Numbered from the stretch's first letter, positions 53,468 to 63,447 are shown. The stretch: 64,000 bases of DNA from Gemmatimonas sp. (GCA_965279375.1 OZ257156.1:3328001-3392000); one strand, 5' to 3'. Made by a program: numbers and translations. Notes: generated from the sequence alone by a model not told the origin.

Positions 53468-55798
53468 ATGACTTCAACGCCTCGTCTTCGTCGTGCGCCG
53501 TCGCTCGGCCGGCGGCTCTCAACTCCGATGTCCTGCGCCGCGCTGCTGGCGGTCGGCATGACGTTCGATGCCCGCGTCGTAACTGCGCAGTCCCGCGCGG
53601 TCGACGCCACGGCTCCCGCCGCGGCGGGCACGCTTCGCGGTAGCGTGACCGACTCCACAGGGCGCGCCATTGCGCAGGCGCTGGTGCGTGCCGCCGACGC
53701 CAACGGGCGTTCGCAGAGCGCGCGCAGCGACGCCGAAGGACGCTTCGTGCTGCCGCTGCCGGGAGCCGGTCGCTATCAGCTGGAGATTCGGGCCGTCGGT
53801 TACGTCTCGGAGAATCGGGAGGTGAGCTGGCGAGGTGCTGCGAGTGCACCGCTCACCGTGGCGCTGCGTGCCTCGCGTGCGCTGGCACCGGTGCAGGTGA
53901 TCGGCACCGCCGTCACGACGGCCTCGCTCCATCCTGCGGCGAGCGACCTCGCCGGATCGGTGTCGGTTCTCGGCGGTGAACAGATCGCGCGGGAACAGGT
54001 AGGCTTCGCTCAGGAACTGCTGCGCAAGGTGCCGGGCGTCTATCGCAGCGAGTACAACCAGGGGATCGTCGCCGGCGACATCGGTGTGCGCGGTTTCAAC
54101 ACCGAGAGCGAGATCCCCAGCACGAAGCTTCTCGTCGACGGCATCCCGTTGAACCTGAACAGCGGCGTGAGCGAGATGAATGCGCTGTTCCCGCTGGAGA
54201 TCGAGCGGATGGACGTCGTTCGCGGCACGAACGATCCCCGCTTCGGTCTCTTCAATCTTGCCGGCAACGTTTCAGTCAGCACGCGTCAGGGAGGCAACTA
54301 CCTCACCTCACGGCTGCAGTCAGGCAGTTTCGGCACGACGGATGCGCAGCTGCTCGGCAGCATCGAGCGCGCCGGCTTCTCGCAGACACTCTTTGGTGGG
54401 ATCCGTCGCAGCGATGGGTATCGCGACAACGCCAACCTCGACAAGTGGACGGCGTCGGGGAAGTGGTTCTACTCGACGCCTGCCCAGCGCGTGCGCGTCG
54501 GCGTGATCGCACGAACGCATCGGCTGGACACCAAGGCGCCCGGCTATCTCTCCCTCGCGGAGTCGCGCAACACGCCGACGTTCTCTCCGGAATACTCTCT
54601 GTCGGATGGCGGCACGGTGGAGTCGGATCATGGCAGCGTGCATCTCGACGTGCGCCAGACGTCGACGCTCGCCTGGTCAGTCAAGGGCTATAGCCAGCGA
54701 TTCGAACGCGTGCGCTACGTGCGATTCACCGCCGCGGGTGCGCAGCAGGAGCGTATTGAGGATGAGCGGCAGACGGGTGCGATCGCCACGGTGACCTGGA
54801 AGCCGGCCACGCTCGCCGAATACGGGGTGGTGATGACCGGCGGTGCGGACGTGCAGCAGCAGGACAATGTGCAGCAGCGCTTTCGCACGGCGAACCGAGT
54901 GCGCCAAGCCACGCTGCGCGACTACGACTTCTCGCTCGACAATACTGGCGGGTTCATTCAGCTCGCGGGCTCGCCGATCGATCGTCTGCAACTGACCGCG
55001 GGCGTGCGCGCTGATCGGTTCAGCGGCGACTTCACGAACGTCGTCAGCAAGAGCACGTTGCCGATCTTCTCGTACGGGACGATCACGCAGCCCAAGGTGA
55101 GTGCCACGTTGCGCGTGCATGACCGGCTCAGCAGCTATGCGAACTACGGTCGCGCGTTTCAGATCGGCGCCGGCGTCGCGACGTATGGACGCACGCCGCT
55201 CAAACCATCGGTCAACGATGGATACGAAGTCGGTGTCGTGAGCGCACCGACGGATCTGCTCGCAGTGCGCGCAGGATTCTGGCGGCAAAAGGCGAGCGAT
55301 GAGGTCCGCCTCAAGTTCGACAACTCCGGCGACTCCGAAAACATCGGGCGCACGCGCCGCGGTGGATTGGATATCGAGTCGACGCTGCGCTTGCCGCGCA
55401 ACGTCAGTCTGTGGGCCGCGGGAACCTCCCAGCGCGCGATCCTCGTCGAACCCGGGCTGACCAATCCCACGGCTCGGGGAAAGCGACTCGACCACGTGCC
55501 GTCCTGGACGGTGAAGTATGGCGCGGATTGGTCGCCCACGGTGGGCGCACATCTGTCCTTCTGGAGCTACTCGCAGGGGAAGTACGAGCTCACCACGCAA
55601 AACAATCGCGGCACGTGGGGCGACATTCGTACGGTCAACGCTGACGTGTCATGGCGGTGGCGTGCGGCCGCGCTCGGCGTTGGTGTGACCAACCTGTTCG
55701 ACCGATACAGCGAGTACGTCTGGTTTGACGGTGCGCAGACGCTGCACTCCCCCGCGGCCTCGCGTGCACTGTTCCTCACCCTCACGCTGGACCGATGA
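53468..55798 (+). CDS. TonB-dependent receptor 2
   Basis: Signal peptide, N-terminal extension, plug (KVPGV, VRGF, LLVDGIP, IERMDVVRG), barrel ending NLFD. Confidence 0.92.
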   Translation: MTSTPRLRRAPSLGRRLSTPMSCAALLAVGMTFDARVVTAQSRAVDATAPAAAGTLRGSVTDSTGRAIAQALVRAADANGRSQSARSDAEGRFVLPLPGAGRYQLEIRAVGYVSENREVSWRGAASAPLTVALRASRALAPVQVIGTAVTTASLHPAASDLAGSVSVLGGEQIAREQVGFAQELLRKVPGVYRSEYNQGIVAGDIGVRGFNTESEIPSTKLLVDGIPLNLNSGVSEMNALFPLEIERMDVVRGTNDPRFGLFNLAGNVSVSTRQGGNYLTSRLQSGSFGTTDAQLLGSIERAGFSQTLFGGIRRSDGYRDNANLDKWTASGKWFYSTPAQRVRVGVIARTHRLDTKAPGYLSLAESRNTPTFSPEYSLSDGGTVESDHGSVHLDVRQTSTLAWSVKGYSQRFERVRYVRFTAAGAQQERIEDERQTGAIATVTWKPATLAEYGVVMTGGADVQQQDNVQQRFRTANRVRQATLRDYDFSLDNTGGFIQLAGSPIDRLQLTAGVRADRFSGDFTNVVSKSTLPIFSYGTITQPKVSATLRVHDRLSSYANYGRAFQIGAGVATYGRTPLKPSVNDGYEVGVVSAPTDLLAVRAGFWRQKASDEVRLKFDNSGDSENIGRTRRGGLDIESTLRLPRNVSLWAAGTSQRAILVEPGLTNPTARGKRLDHVPSWTVKYGADWSPTVGAHLSFWSYSQGKYELTTQNNRGTWGDIRTVNADVSWRWRAAALGVGVTNLFDRYSEYVWFDGAQTLHSPAASRALFLTLTLDR

Positions 55799-56979
55799 CG
55801 CAGATGCGCTCGCGCGTCGAGGGTATCGACGCGCTGCGGGGACTGGTGATCGTGTTCATGGTGATGGACCACGCACGCGAGTACAGCGCAGGCACCGGGC
55901 GCGTGAGTGACCCGATGCAGCTGGACGCAGTCACGCCGCTTCTCTTCTGGATGCGATGGCTGGCGCACTTCTGTGCGCCAGTGTTCACGCTGCTCGCCGG
56001 TGTGTCGGCCGGTCTGGAGGGTATGCGACTGTCCGCGCCCGAGCTGTCGCGTTACCTCGTGACACGCGGCCTCGTGCTCATCGTCCTCGAGTTCACGGTC
56101 GTTCACCCATCGTGGACCTTCTCATTCGTCTGGCCGATGCTGTACGCGCAGGTGATCTGGGGGATTGGCCTGAGCATGGTGGTCGCTGGGCTACTCCAAC
56201 ACGCGCCGGTCGCAGCGCGCGCGGCGATCGGGGTGCTCTGCGTGGTTGGCCACAACGCACTCGATAGTTGGCATCCGACGTCGCCTGCGCCGTTGCACTG
56301 GGCGTGGGCGATTCTCCACGATCGCCAGGTGATGCCGCTGTGGGAGGGACTCTCGGTGCGGACGTCCTATCCAGTGTTACCAATGATTGGTGTGCTCCTG
56401 CTCGGCGAAGTTGTTGGGCGGTGGTACGTGCGCACGCCCGATGCTGTTCAGCGCGCACGTCTGCTTCGTCTCGCAGGTGCGACGATGCTCGTGGCGTTCG
56501 TGGTGCTGCGGTCGACCAATTGGTACGGCGATCCGCACGACGCGGTGTACGACGGCCCGTCGGCGGCATCCTTCATGTCGATGTTGAACGTCACCAAGTA
56601 CCCGATGTCGCTTGCCTTTCTCCTGATGACGGTTGGCCCGGCGCTGCTGCTGTTGGCGTCATGGGAGCGCGCCATGCCCGCGTGGTCTGCTCCAATCACG
56701 TCGCGCCTGATCGTGATGGGGCAGGTGCCGATGTTCCTGTACATCGCGCACCTTTACCTGCTGCACGCGCTGGCGATGCTCTGGGCGCTGGTCGACGGAT
56801 ATCCGTGGTCTACGTTTGACTTCCACACACAGATCGGCGGGATGCCCAAGGGTTTCGGTTTCCCCCTCTGGGTGACGATTCCATTTTCACTCTGCACGAT
56901 CGTCTTGCTCTGGCCCGCCGCGCAGTGGTATGCGCGATTGCGTGCCAGCAAACGCTACGCGATCACACGATTCGTGTAG
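55795..56979 (+). CDS. DUF1624 / HGSNAT-like membrane protein
   Basis: IDALRG...MVMDHAR, RWLAHFCAPVF..LAG.S, QVIWGIG, KYPMSL, P.FLY..H; ATGA overlap. Confidence 0.85.
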   Translation: MTQMRSRVEGIDALRGLVIVFMVMDHAREYSAGTGRVSDPMQLDAVTPLLFWMRWLAHFCAPVFTLLAGVSAGLEGMRLSAPELSRYLVTRGLVLIVLEFTVVHPSWTFSFVWPMLYAQVIWGIGLSMVVAGLLQHAPVAARAAIGVLCVVGHNALDSWHPTSPAPLHWAWAILHDRQVMPLWEGLSVRTSYPVLPMIGVLLLGEVVGRWYVRTPDAVQRARLLRLAGATMLVAFVVLRSTNWYGDPHDAVYDGPSAASFMSMLNVTKYPMSLAFLLMTVGPALLLLASWERAMPAWSAPITSRLIVMGQVPMFLYIAHLYLLHALAMLWALVDGYPWSTFDFHTQIGGMPKGFGFPLWVTIPFSLCTIVLLWPAAQWYARLRASKRYAITRFV

Positions 56980-57051
56980 CGAGATTCGGCAACGCCGTCG
57001 GCAACGCAATTCGGCAACTGGCGCGCTGGCGCGCTGGCGCAGGCGTACGAC

Positions 57052-58017
57052 CTAGTGCGGTACGTCGCCGCGCATGATCTGCGCGAGCTTGCCGCTGTCG
57101 ATGTTGCCGCCGGACACGACGCATACCACGCGCCCACTCCCCGCTTTTCCCGATAGCGCGGCAGCAACCGATGCCGCGCCTGCGCCTTCCGCGATCACTC
57201 GATGTCGCTCGGCGAGCAGTCGAATCGCCTGCGCGATCTCCGTGCGTGAGACCACGATGGACCGCGGCAGGAGCTCCTGTGCAAGTGGCCACATCTCCTC
57301 CAGCACACTCTTGCCGCCGATCCCATCCACGAAACTCGCCTCGTAGGGCACGGCTTGTGGAGCGCCAGCGTCAAGCGATGGGGCAAGCGGTGCCGCGCTA
57401 TCCACTTCGCACGCATACACCGGCACGGTGGGTGCGACCGCGCGCAGGGCGGAGGCGATGCCGCACGAGAGTCCGCCGCCGCCGTACGGCGCGATCACCG
57501 CATCGACATCCGGCAAGTCGTCGATGATCTCCAGTCCGATCGTGCCGTTGCCGGCCATCACCGCGGGCGCGGAGACGGGGTGAATGAAGTAGCCCGTCAT
57601 CCCGGGATACTCATGTGTGAGGATGATATGCCACCAGGTATCGAAAGGCACTTTGATGATGCGACCGCCAAGACGTTCGATGGCAGCCAGCTTGGTGGCT
57701 GGCGCGTGGTCCGGAACGATCACGGTGCAGGGTATGCCAAGTCGACGCGCACTCCACGCGACGCCTTGCGCCATGTTGCCGGCGCTGGCGGTGTACACGC
57801 CCTCCGCGAGTTGCGCCGGCGTTGCGAGCGCCATGGCGTTGGCGGCACCGCGCAGCTTGAACGAACCGATCGGCTGGAGATTCTCGAGCTTGAGATAGAT
57901 CTCCGCTGGCGCGTCTTCGATGTTGAGGCGAATGAGCGGTGTGCTCAGAATCACACCGCGCAAACGGTCGCGAGCCGCTTCGATATCGGCGAGCGGGATC
58001 GGGGTGCGCGCCTGCAT
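57052..58017 (-). CDS. PLP-dependent threonine/serine dehydratase-family enzyme
   Basis: KLENLQPIGSFKLRGA, SAGNMAQG, GGGGL, EGAGA, SGGNID. Confidence 0.9.
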   Translation of the reverse strand: MQARTPIPLADIEAARDRLRGVILSTPLIRLNIEDAPAEIYLKLENLQPIGSFKLRGAANAMALATPAQLAEGVYTASAGNMAQGVAWSARRLGIPCTVIVPDHAPATKLAAIERLGGRIIKVPFDTWWHIILTHEYPGMTGYFIHPVSAPAVMAGNGTIGLEIIDDLPDVDAVIAPYGGGGLSCGIASALRAVAPTVPVYACEVDSAAPLAPSLDAGAPQAVPYEASFVDGIGGKSVLEEMWPLAQELLPRSIVVSRTEIAQAIRLLAERHRVIAEGAGAASVAAALSGKAGSGRVVCVVSGGNIDSGKLAQIMRGDVPH

Positions 58018-58113
58018 TAACAGGGATCCGTCGGCAGCGTCAGAGCAAGTGAGGGCAGCAGTCGCTGCCGCCCGTCGTCTGACTTGTGGTCTGACCTGTG
58101 ATTGGAGGTTCTC

Positions 58114-58455
58114 ATGCGTCGCATGGCTTCACTACTCGCGTCGTTGTCAGCTTCACTGCGTCTCGTCGCCGCACTGACGATGTTGACGTTCTCCACTGCC
58201 TGCATGGCGACGGCGCAGCCGCGCGGCGTGGTCTATGTGCGGCAAGGGCCGCCGCGTGCGCTCGTGGAGGTCGTTGGCGTGGCACCATCGCGCGGACACG
58301 TCTGGATTCCCGGCTACTACTCGTGGCGGGGCGGCGCGTACGTGTGGGTGGCGGGCCGCTACGATGTCCTTCGCCCGGGCTTTCGTCGTTACGAGCCGGG
58401 ACGTTGGCGTCACGCACGCGCCGGATGGTACTGGACCGACGGTCGCTGGCGCTGA
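58114..58455 (+). CDS. WXXGXW (YXWGXW) repeat lipoprotein
   Basis: Lipobox STAC; VWIPGYY.W, YVWVAGRY, YEPGRW, WTDGRW; GGAGG RBS. Confidence 0.85.
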   Translation: MRRMASLLASLSASLRLVAALTMLTFSTACMATAQPRGVVYVRQGPPRALVEVVGVAPSRGHVWIPGYYSWRGGAYVWVAGRYDVLRPGFRRYEPGRWRHARAGWYWTDGRWR

Positions 58456-58497
58456 TTCGCCAGCAACCGCCGGTCAACGGCGAGTGCTGCAACGACA

Positions 58498-60336
58498 CTA
58501 CATGCGCGGGCGCGTCTTGCGCGGCACCTTGCCGCAGTTGGACGGCCAGTTCGCCGGCCACGTGCCCGGCGACCGATCGCGCTTGATGAACTCCGGATCT
58601 TCCGACGCGAGGTAGACCATCAGCGCGGCCAGCGTCGCGTTGTGCTTGAGATCGTCGAACACGACCTTGTCGTACGTGTCGCGATTGGTGTGCCACGTGT
58701 ACGTGCTGTAGTTCCAACCCACCGCGCCCATGCCGAACGACGGCGTGCCGAAGCACGCGAACACAGCGCCGTCTGTTCCGCCCGGGTTGCCGGTGGGAAT
58801 GTCGTTGAAGCTCCACGACACGACGTTAGGGCTCAAGCTGTCGGTGTAGAAACTCGGGAGCATGCTGTACCAGCTCTTGAGATGGCGCCCGATGTCCGTC
58901 AGTCCCGAGGACGAGAGCGACTGCACACGCCCGGTGCCGTTGTCCTGATTGAAGAGCGCCTGCAGCCCCTTCATGACTTCCGGGTGATCTTCCGTGTACG
59001 CCGTGGAGCCGTTGAGCCCCTGTTCCTCGCTGGCCCAGTGCCCGACGATGATCGTGCGCTTGGGCTTGGGATACGCGGCCTTGAGGATGCGCATCGCTTC
59101 CATCGCCATCAGCGTGCCGGTGCCGTTGTCCGTCGCGCCCGATGAACCGTCCCACGAATCGAAGTGCGCCGAGAGCATCACGTACTCGTCGGGCTTCTCG
59201 GTGCCCTTGATCGTCGCGATCGTGTTGAACGCCGGCTGCTCACCCAGGAGCTGTGCATCCAGCGTCAGGTTAACCACCGGCTTCTGGTTGTTCTCCGCGA
59301 GGCGGAAGAGCAGACCGTAGTCTTCGCAGGTCAGCGCGACTGCCGGTGCGATCGTGTTGTACGTCTCGAAGATTTCGATGACGCCCCAGCCGCCAGCTCC
59401 CGCGCTCGGATTCTGGAAGCCGCCACGACCCGCGGCGGCCGCGGCAAGACTCGACGCCGGCCCACCACCACGCGCGCTCGCGCCGCCACCCGCGCGTCCG
59501 CCTGCGCCACCAGCACCGCCTGCTCCACGTCCACCGCCCACCGGGAAGTTGCCGCCCGGCGGCGCGAACGGGTTCGTGAAGCCACTCAGCTTGTTGCGCG
59601 ATGTGATCATGCCGGCCACGCCCGCCTTCTCGAGGCGCAACCCCAGCGTGCCCGTGCCGAGCGAGAGTGAGTAGCCGGTGCCGCGATACATCTTGCTGCT
59701 GTCAGGGCGAAGGTCAGGGCCGGTCATCACCGACCAGTCGCGCTGTGTTTCGGCGATCAGCGTGTCCATGCGCGCCTTCGACTCCGGCGTCGCAAAGCGC
59801 AGCCAGTCTTCCGACGGACGGCAGGTGGGAAAGGCGGGCGACAGCATCACGACCTTTCCTTTGGCCTTCGGCAACCACGCCACGAATTCCGTGCTGTCCT
59901 TGAACTTCGGCAGCACGATCACCTCACCGCGCACCGGCTTGCCGCCGGTGCCCGGGCTCCACGCCAGCATGGTTCCCTCGAGCGAACGCACGCGCGGCGC
60001 CACGAGATCGATGTGCGAGATGCCGCGACGCCAGCCGCGCCACGTGCCGTAGTTCTCGCGCCTGGCCTCCACGCCCCACGATCCATACTGGGCGATGGCC
60101 CAGTCGCTCGCGGCTTTCATTCCCGGGCTACCGGTCAGTCGCGGGCCCACCGAGTCGAGCAGTGCCTGCCCAAGCCGTTGTACGTGCGAGCTATCCATAC
60201 CAAGGCGCCAGATACGCTGGACTGTGGCGTCGGAGGTCGGAAACTGCGTCTGCTGTGCCGCCGCGGTCGCGGCTGGCAGCATCGCGGCCAGCGCCAACGA
60301 TGCGCCGGCAACAGAGAGAGGTCGGAGCGTGGTCAT
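58498..60336 (-). CDS. M28 family exported peptidase (carboxypeptidase Q-like)
   Basis: GPRLTGS, SAHFDSW, GATDNGTG, SEEQGL.GS, GGTD, WHT..DT. Confidence 0.9.
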   Translation of the reverse strand: MTTLRPLSVAGASLALAAMLPAATAAAQQTQFPTSDATVQRIWRLGMDSSHVQRLGQALLDSVGPRLTGSPGMKAASDWAIAQYGSWGVEARRENYGTWRGWRRGISHIDLVAPRVRSLEGTMLAWSPGTGGKPVRGEVIVLPKFKDSTEFVAWLPKAKGKVVMLSPAFPTCRPSEDWLRFATPESKARMDTLIAETQRDWSVMTGPDLRPDSSKMYRGTGYSLSLGTGTLGLRLEKAGVAGMITSRNKLSGFTNPFAPPGGNFPVGGGRGAGGAGGAGGRAGGGASARGGGPASSLAAAAAGRGGFQNPSAGAGGWGVIEIFETYNTIAPAVALTCEDYGLLFRLAENNQKPVVNLTLDAQLLGEQPAFNTIATIKGTEKPDEYVMLSAHFDSWDGSSGATDNGTGTLMAMEAMRILKAAYPKPKRTIIVGHWASEEQGLNGSTAYTEDHPEVMKGLQALFNQDNGTGRVQSLSSSGLTDIGRHLKSWYSMLPSFYTDSLSPNVVSWSFNDIPTGNPGGTDGAVFACFGTPSFGMGAVGWNYSTYTWHTNRDTYDKVVFDDLKHNATLAALMVYLASEDPEFIKRDRSPGTWPANWPSNCGKVPRKTRPRM

Positions 60337-60423
60337 GAGGCTAACGTCTGAAAGTGAAGCGCGTTCGGCAGGCGGGCCGCAACGCGTACGGCAACCACAA
60401 AGCGAAAAACGAATAGCGAACGG

Positions 60424-61269
60424 CTAGGAGCTCGCGCGAGCCGAGGTGAAGTCAAGCGACGATGGCGCCGTCGCTGATGCAAGGCCGATCGCGCGATCCA
60501 ACGCCTCGATCAGCCCACCCTCGTCCACATGACCCACGGTGTAGGTCGCGATCTCGTGCAACGACTCCTCGGCGTTGGCCATCGCGACGGGATGACCGAC
60601 GATGCGCATCGCGGGCGCATCGTTGCCTCCGTCGCCGACAAACATCACCTGCGCCAGCGTGATGCCGTACGACAACGCAATAGCCCGCACCGCCGTTGCC
60701 TTCGTCACGCCGGTTGGGGTCATGTTGAGAAACGTCGTGTCCGGCATGATGGGTGAGGTCGAGGGCGCGATCTCGAGCCCCGGATGCGGCTCTGCCAGCG
60801 TCTCCGCGGCTTCCTCGTGCGACAGTAGCCACTGCGCGCGCACGTACGGCTCGGGCAATGCCACAAACGGCCGCGGCGCATAGGGCACCCCAAGCAGCGC
60901 GGCGTGTGCGACCACGCGCGGCGACTCGGCTTCCACGACGTAGTCGTCGTCGGTGTAGAACTCGAGGACTCTGCCGGTGGCGCGGGCGCGTTCCTTGAGC
61001 CGGACAACAACCTCCGACGGCAGCCGCACCGACCGCGACTCCCCGGTGCCGACGTGCAGCACACTCGCGCCATTCTGAAAGCTGTGCCATCCGTCGGCAT
61101 CGAGTCGCACGGCATACTCGCGTGCGAGACCGAACGCGGGCCGCCCACTGCAGATCGCCAGTCGCAGTCCGGCGGCACGCGCACGCTCGGCGGCCGACCA
61201 CACTCCCGGGTGCACCGCGCCACCCGAGCCCACCAGCGTCCCGTCCACATCAATGCAGACGAGACGCAC
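60424..61269 (-). CDS. Cof-type HAD-IIB hydrolase
   Basis: DVDGTL, SGR, NGA, KATA, GDGGND. Confidence 0.9.
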   Translation of the reverse strand: MRLVCIDVDGTLVGSGGAVHPGVWSAAERARAAGLRLAICSGRPAFGLAREYAVRLDADGWHSFQNGASVLHVGTGESRSVRLPSEVVVRLKERARATGRVLEFYTDDDYVVEAESPRVVAHAALLGVPYAPRPFVALPEPYVRAQWLLSHEEAAETLAEPHPGLEIAPSTSPIMPDTTFLNMTPTGVTKATAVRAIALSYGITLAQVMFVGDGGNDAPAMRIVGHPVAMANAEESLHEIATYTVGHVDEGGLIEALDRAIGLASATAPSSLDFTSARASS

Positions 61270-61289
61270 CGGTGCCTGAGAGGACGCGA

Positions 61290-61727
61290 TTATTTGTCCG
61301 CCTTCAGATCGCCACAGGCCACGTACTTGCCCATGTTCGCCATCGATTCATGCACGTTGACGTTGTAGCTGCCCGTGTCCGGCAGCGCGATCGGCAGGAT
61401 CGCCTTGAGTTCGACGGCGCCCTTGTCGTCGCTGGCGACGGTCGTGTACGACTTGCCCCCACCCAGGATCCCGCCGCCCTTCGCGCAGCTGCCGGTGTGG
61501 ACGTGCCACGGACGCGCCGTGCCGGGCGTGTCGCCCGTGTACTTGAGCACCACCTCGGTGGTGTTCGCATCCTTACCGGCCTTCATCGTGACGGTGCCGT
61601 GGACCTTGGACTCGCCGAGGCCCATGACCATGCCGGACCAGCCGCCGTGACGCAGGACGAGGCCGTACGCGACCGAGGAGGACGCCGCGACGAGCAGCGC
61701 CGCGACTGCAACCGATGAACGCTTCAT
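61290..61727 (-). CDS. Exported Cu/Zn-SOD-fold-like small protein
   Basis: Signal peptide; WHVH.GSC, VNVH, VACGDL. Confidence 0.65.
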   Translation of the reverse strand: MKRSSVAVAALLVAASSSVAYGLVLRHGGWSGMVMGLGESKVHGTVTMKAGKDANTTEVVLKYTGDTPGTARPWHVHTGSCAKGGGILGGGKSYTTVASDDKGAVELKAILPIALPDTGSYNVNVHESMANMGKYVACGDLKADK

Positions 61728-61899
61728 GAGAGACTCCGGTAGTGGATGGAAAGAGCTTCGCTCGCAATCGGACCCAGCGCAACGTTACGTCGGCCGAGCA
61801 CCGCCGGATTGCAGTCGCCGCAGCTCTGGTGAGAAGTCGGGCCGAGACGGTATAGTGGGAACAGACCTCGCCCCTCGTCCCGTCACCGAACCTGCTGAG

Positions 61900-63225
61900 A
61901 TGCTCATGCGCCTTCGTCGACTGCTTCCGGCGTTCGTCGTGCTCGCAGCCACACGACTCCCCGCGCAAACGATCACGTCCGACGCGCGGCTCAGTGCTGA
62001 AATCGATCGGCGGACTGCGGCCATCATCGACAAGGTCGTCGCGTGGCGCCACGACATTCACCAACATCCCGAGCTCGGCTACGCGGAGAAGCGCACGGCA
62101 GCGCTTGTGGCGGCGCACCTCAAATCACTCGGGCTCGAGGTGCAGGAGAACGTGGGCGGCATTCCCGGCGTCGTTGGCATTCTCAAGGGAGGCAAGCCTG
62201 GGCCCACGGTAGCGCTGCGCGCAGACATGGACGCCCTCCCGGTCACCGAGCAGGTCGACCTTCCGTTCAAGTCCACTGTGCGCGCCGTGTATCAGGGGCA
62301 GGATGTCGGCGTGATGCACGCCTGCGGCCACGACACGCACGTGGCCATGCTGATGGGGACGGCGGAGGTGCTCACGGGCATGAAGGCCGAGATTCCGGGA
62401 ACGGTCAAGTTCATCTTCCAGCCGGCCGAAGAAGTCCCGCCGCGCGGCGGTGCGGCGGCGCTGATCGACGCGGGGGTGCTGGAGGGCGTGGACGTAATAT
62501 TTGGGCTGCACGTCGGGCCCGGCCCCATCGGCTCGATCGGCTATCGTGCGGGCCCCATTCAGGCGAGCGCCGACAACTTCCGCATCGTGATTCACGGCCG
62601 ACAGGGCCACGGCGCGATGCCCTCCAACACGGTCGATCCGATCGTCGTGGGCGCGCAGGTGGTGGGTGCACTGCAGACCATCGTGTCGCGTCAGATCGAC
62701 CTGACCGTCGCACCGGCGGTCGTGACGGTGGGTGCGTTTCACGGCGGTGTGCGTGAGAACATCATCCCCGACAGCGCGTACATGATCGGCACCATCCGCA
62801 CCTTCGATCCGCGCATTCGCACCACGATTCATTCGCGCATGAAGCGCATCGCCGAGAACATCGCCGAAGCGAGCGGCGCGACGGCGACCGTGAGTATCGA
62901 GTTGGGCTATCCCGTCACCGCCAATGATCCAGCAACCGTCGCGCGTTTCATCCCCACGCTCAAGCGCGTGGCAGGCGCTGCCGGCGCGTCGGAGCGTGGC
63001 CTGACCATGCCTTCCGAGGACTTCTCGCGTTACGCGGAAAAGGTGCCCGGCTTCTTCTTCAATCTCGGCGTCACCCCCGCCGATCAGGACTACAAGACTG
63101 CGCCGAGCAATCACTCGCCGCTCTTCCAGGCCGACGACAAGGCGCTGCCGTACGGCGTGCGCGCGCTCAGCAATGTCGCGCTCGACTATCTGCGTGGCGG
63201 CAAGCCGCAGGCGATCGTGCCGTGA
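61900..63225 (+). CDS. M20D family amidohydrolase, exported
   Basis: HQHPELGY.E, LRADMDALP, MHACGHD, FQPAEE, GHGA, SEDF, NHSP. Confidence 0.93.
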   Translation: MLMRLRRLLPAFVVLAATRLPAQTITSDARLSAEIDRRTAAIIDKVVAWRHDIHQHPELGYAEKRTAALVAAHLKSLGLEVQENVGGIPGVVGILKGGKPGPTVALRADMDALPVTEQVDLPFKSTVRAVYQGQDVGVMHACGHDTHVAMLMGTAEVLTGMKAEIPGTVKFIFQPAEEVPPRGGAAALIDAGVLEGVDVIFGLHVGPGPIGSIGYRAGPIQASADNFRIVIHGRQGHGAMPSNTVDPIVVGAQVVGALQTIVSRQIDLTVAPAVVTVGAFHGGVRENIIPDSAYMIGTIRTFDPRIRTTIHSRMKRIAENIAEASGATATVSIELGYPVTANDPATVARFIPTLKRVAGAAGASERGLTMPSEDFSRYAEKVPGFFFNLGVTPADQDYKTAPSNHSPLFQADDKALPYGVRALSNVALDYLRGGKPQAIVP

Positions 63226-63297
63226 TGGCTCCGCTTGACCGGACAATCGTGTCGGGTTAGCGTCCTTGCTCTGTCCACTTCTTCTTTTGGTGCTCTG

Positions 63298-63414
63298 ATG
63301 CGTCAGCCCAGCCTGACCACCCTCGTCATCTCCGTGCCGGTCACCCGGCACCGCGCCGCGATTGTCGCGGGCTGGATGCGCGTGTGTGGCATCGAAGCAG
63401 GGCAGATCGGGTAG
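63298..63414 (+). CDS. Putative 38-aa leader peptide of the MATE attenuator
   Basis: ATG...TAG open frame MRQPSLTTLVISVPVTRHRAAIVAGWMRVCGIEAGQIG, overlapping the antiterminator strand. Confidence 0.55.
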   Translation: MRQPSLTTLVISVPVTRHRAAIVAGWMRVCGIEAGQIG

Positions 63415-63447
63415 CAGCCGCGAATTTCTCGCCGCTCCCCGCGGATC

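Noticed and set aside
51999..53849. 616-aa minus-strand ORF as listed in the track
   Set aside because: Only the last 298 aa (from ATG 52895) look coding; the rest overlaps the MerC and TonB receptor genes.
43072..56979. Integrative element or prophage inserted at tRNA-Met
   Set aside because: No integrase, transposase or phage genes, and I saw no duplicate of the tRNA 3' end (att site) by eye.
56984..57045. Short repeats (tcggcaac x3, ctggcgc x3) between convergent genes
   Set aside because: Too short and irregular for CRISPR; no spacers or cas genes.
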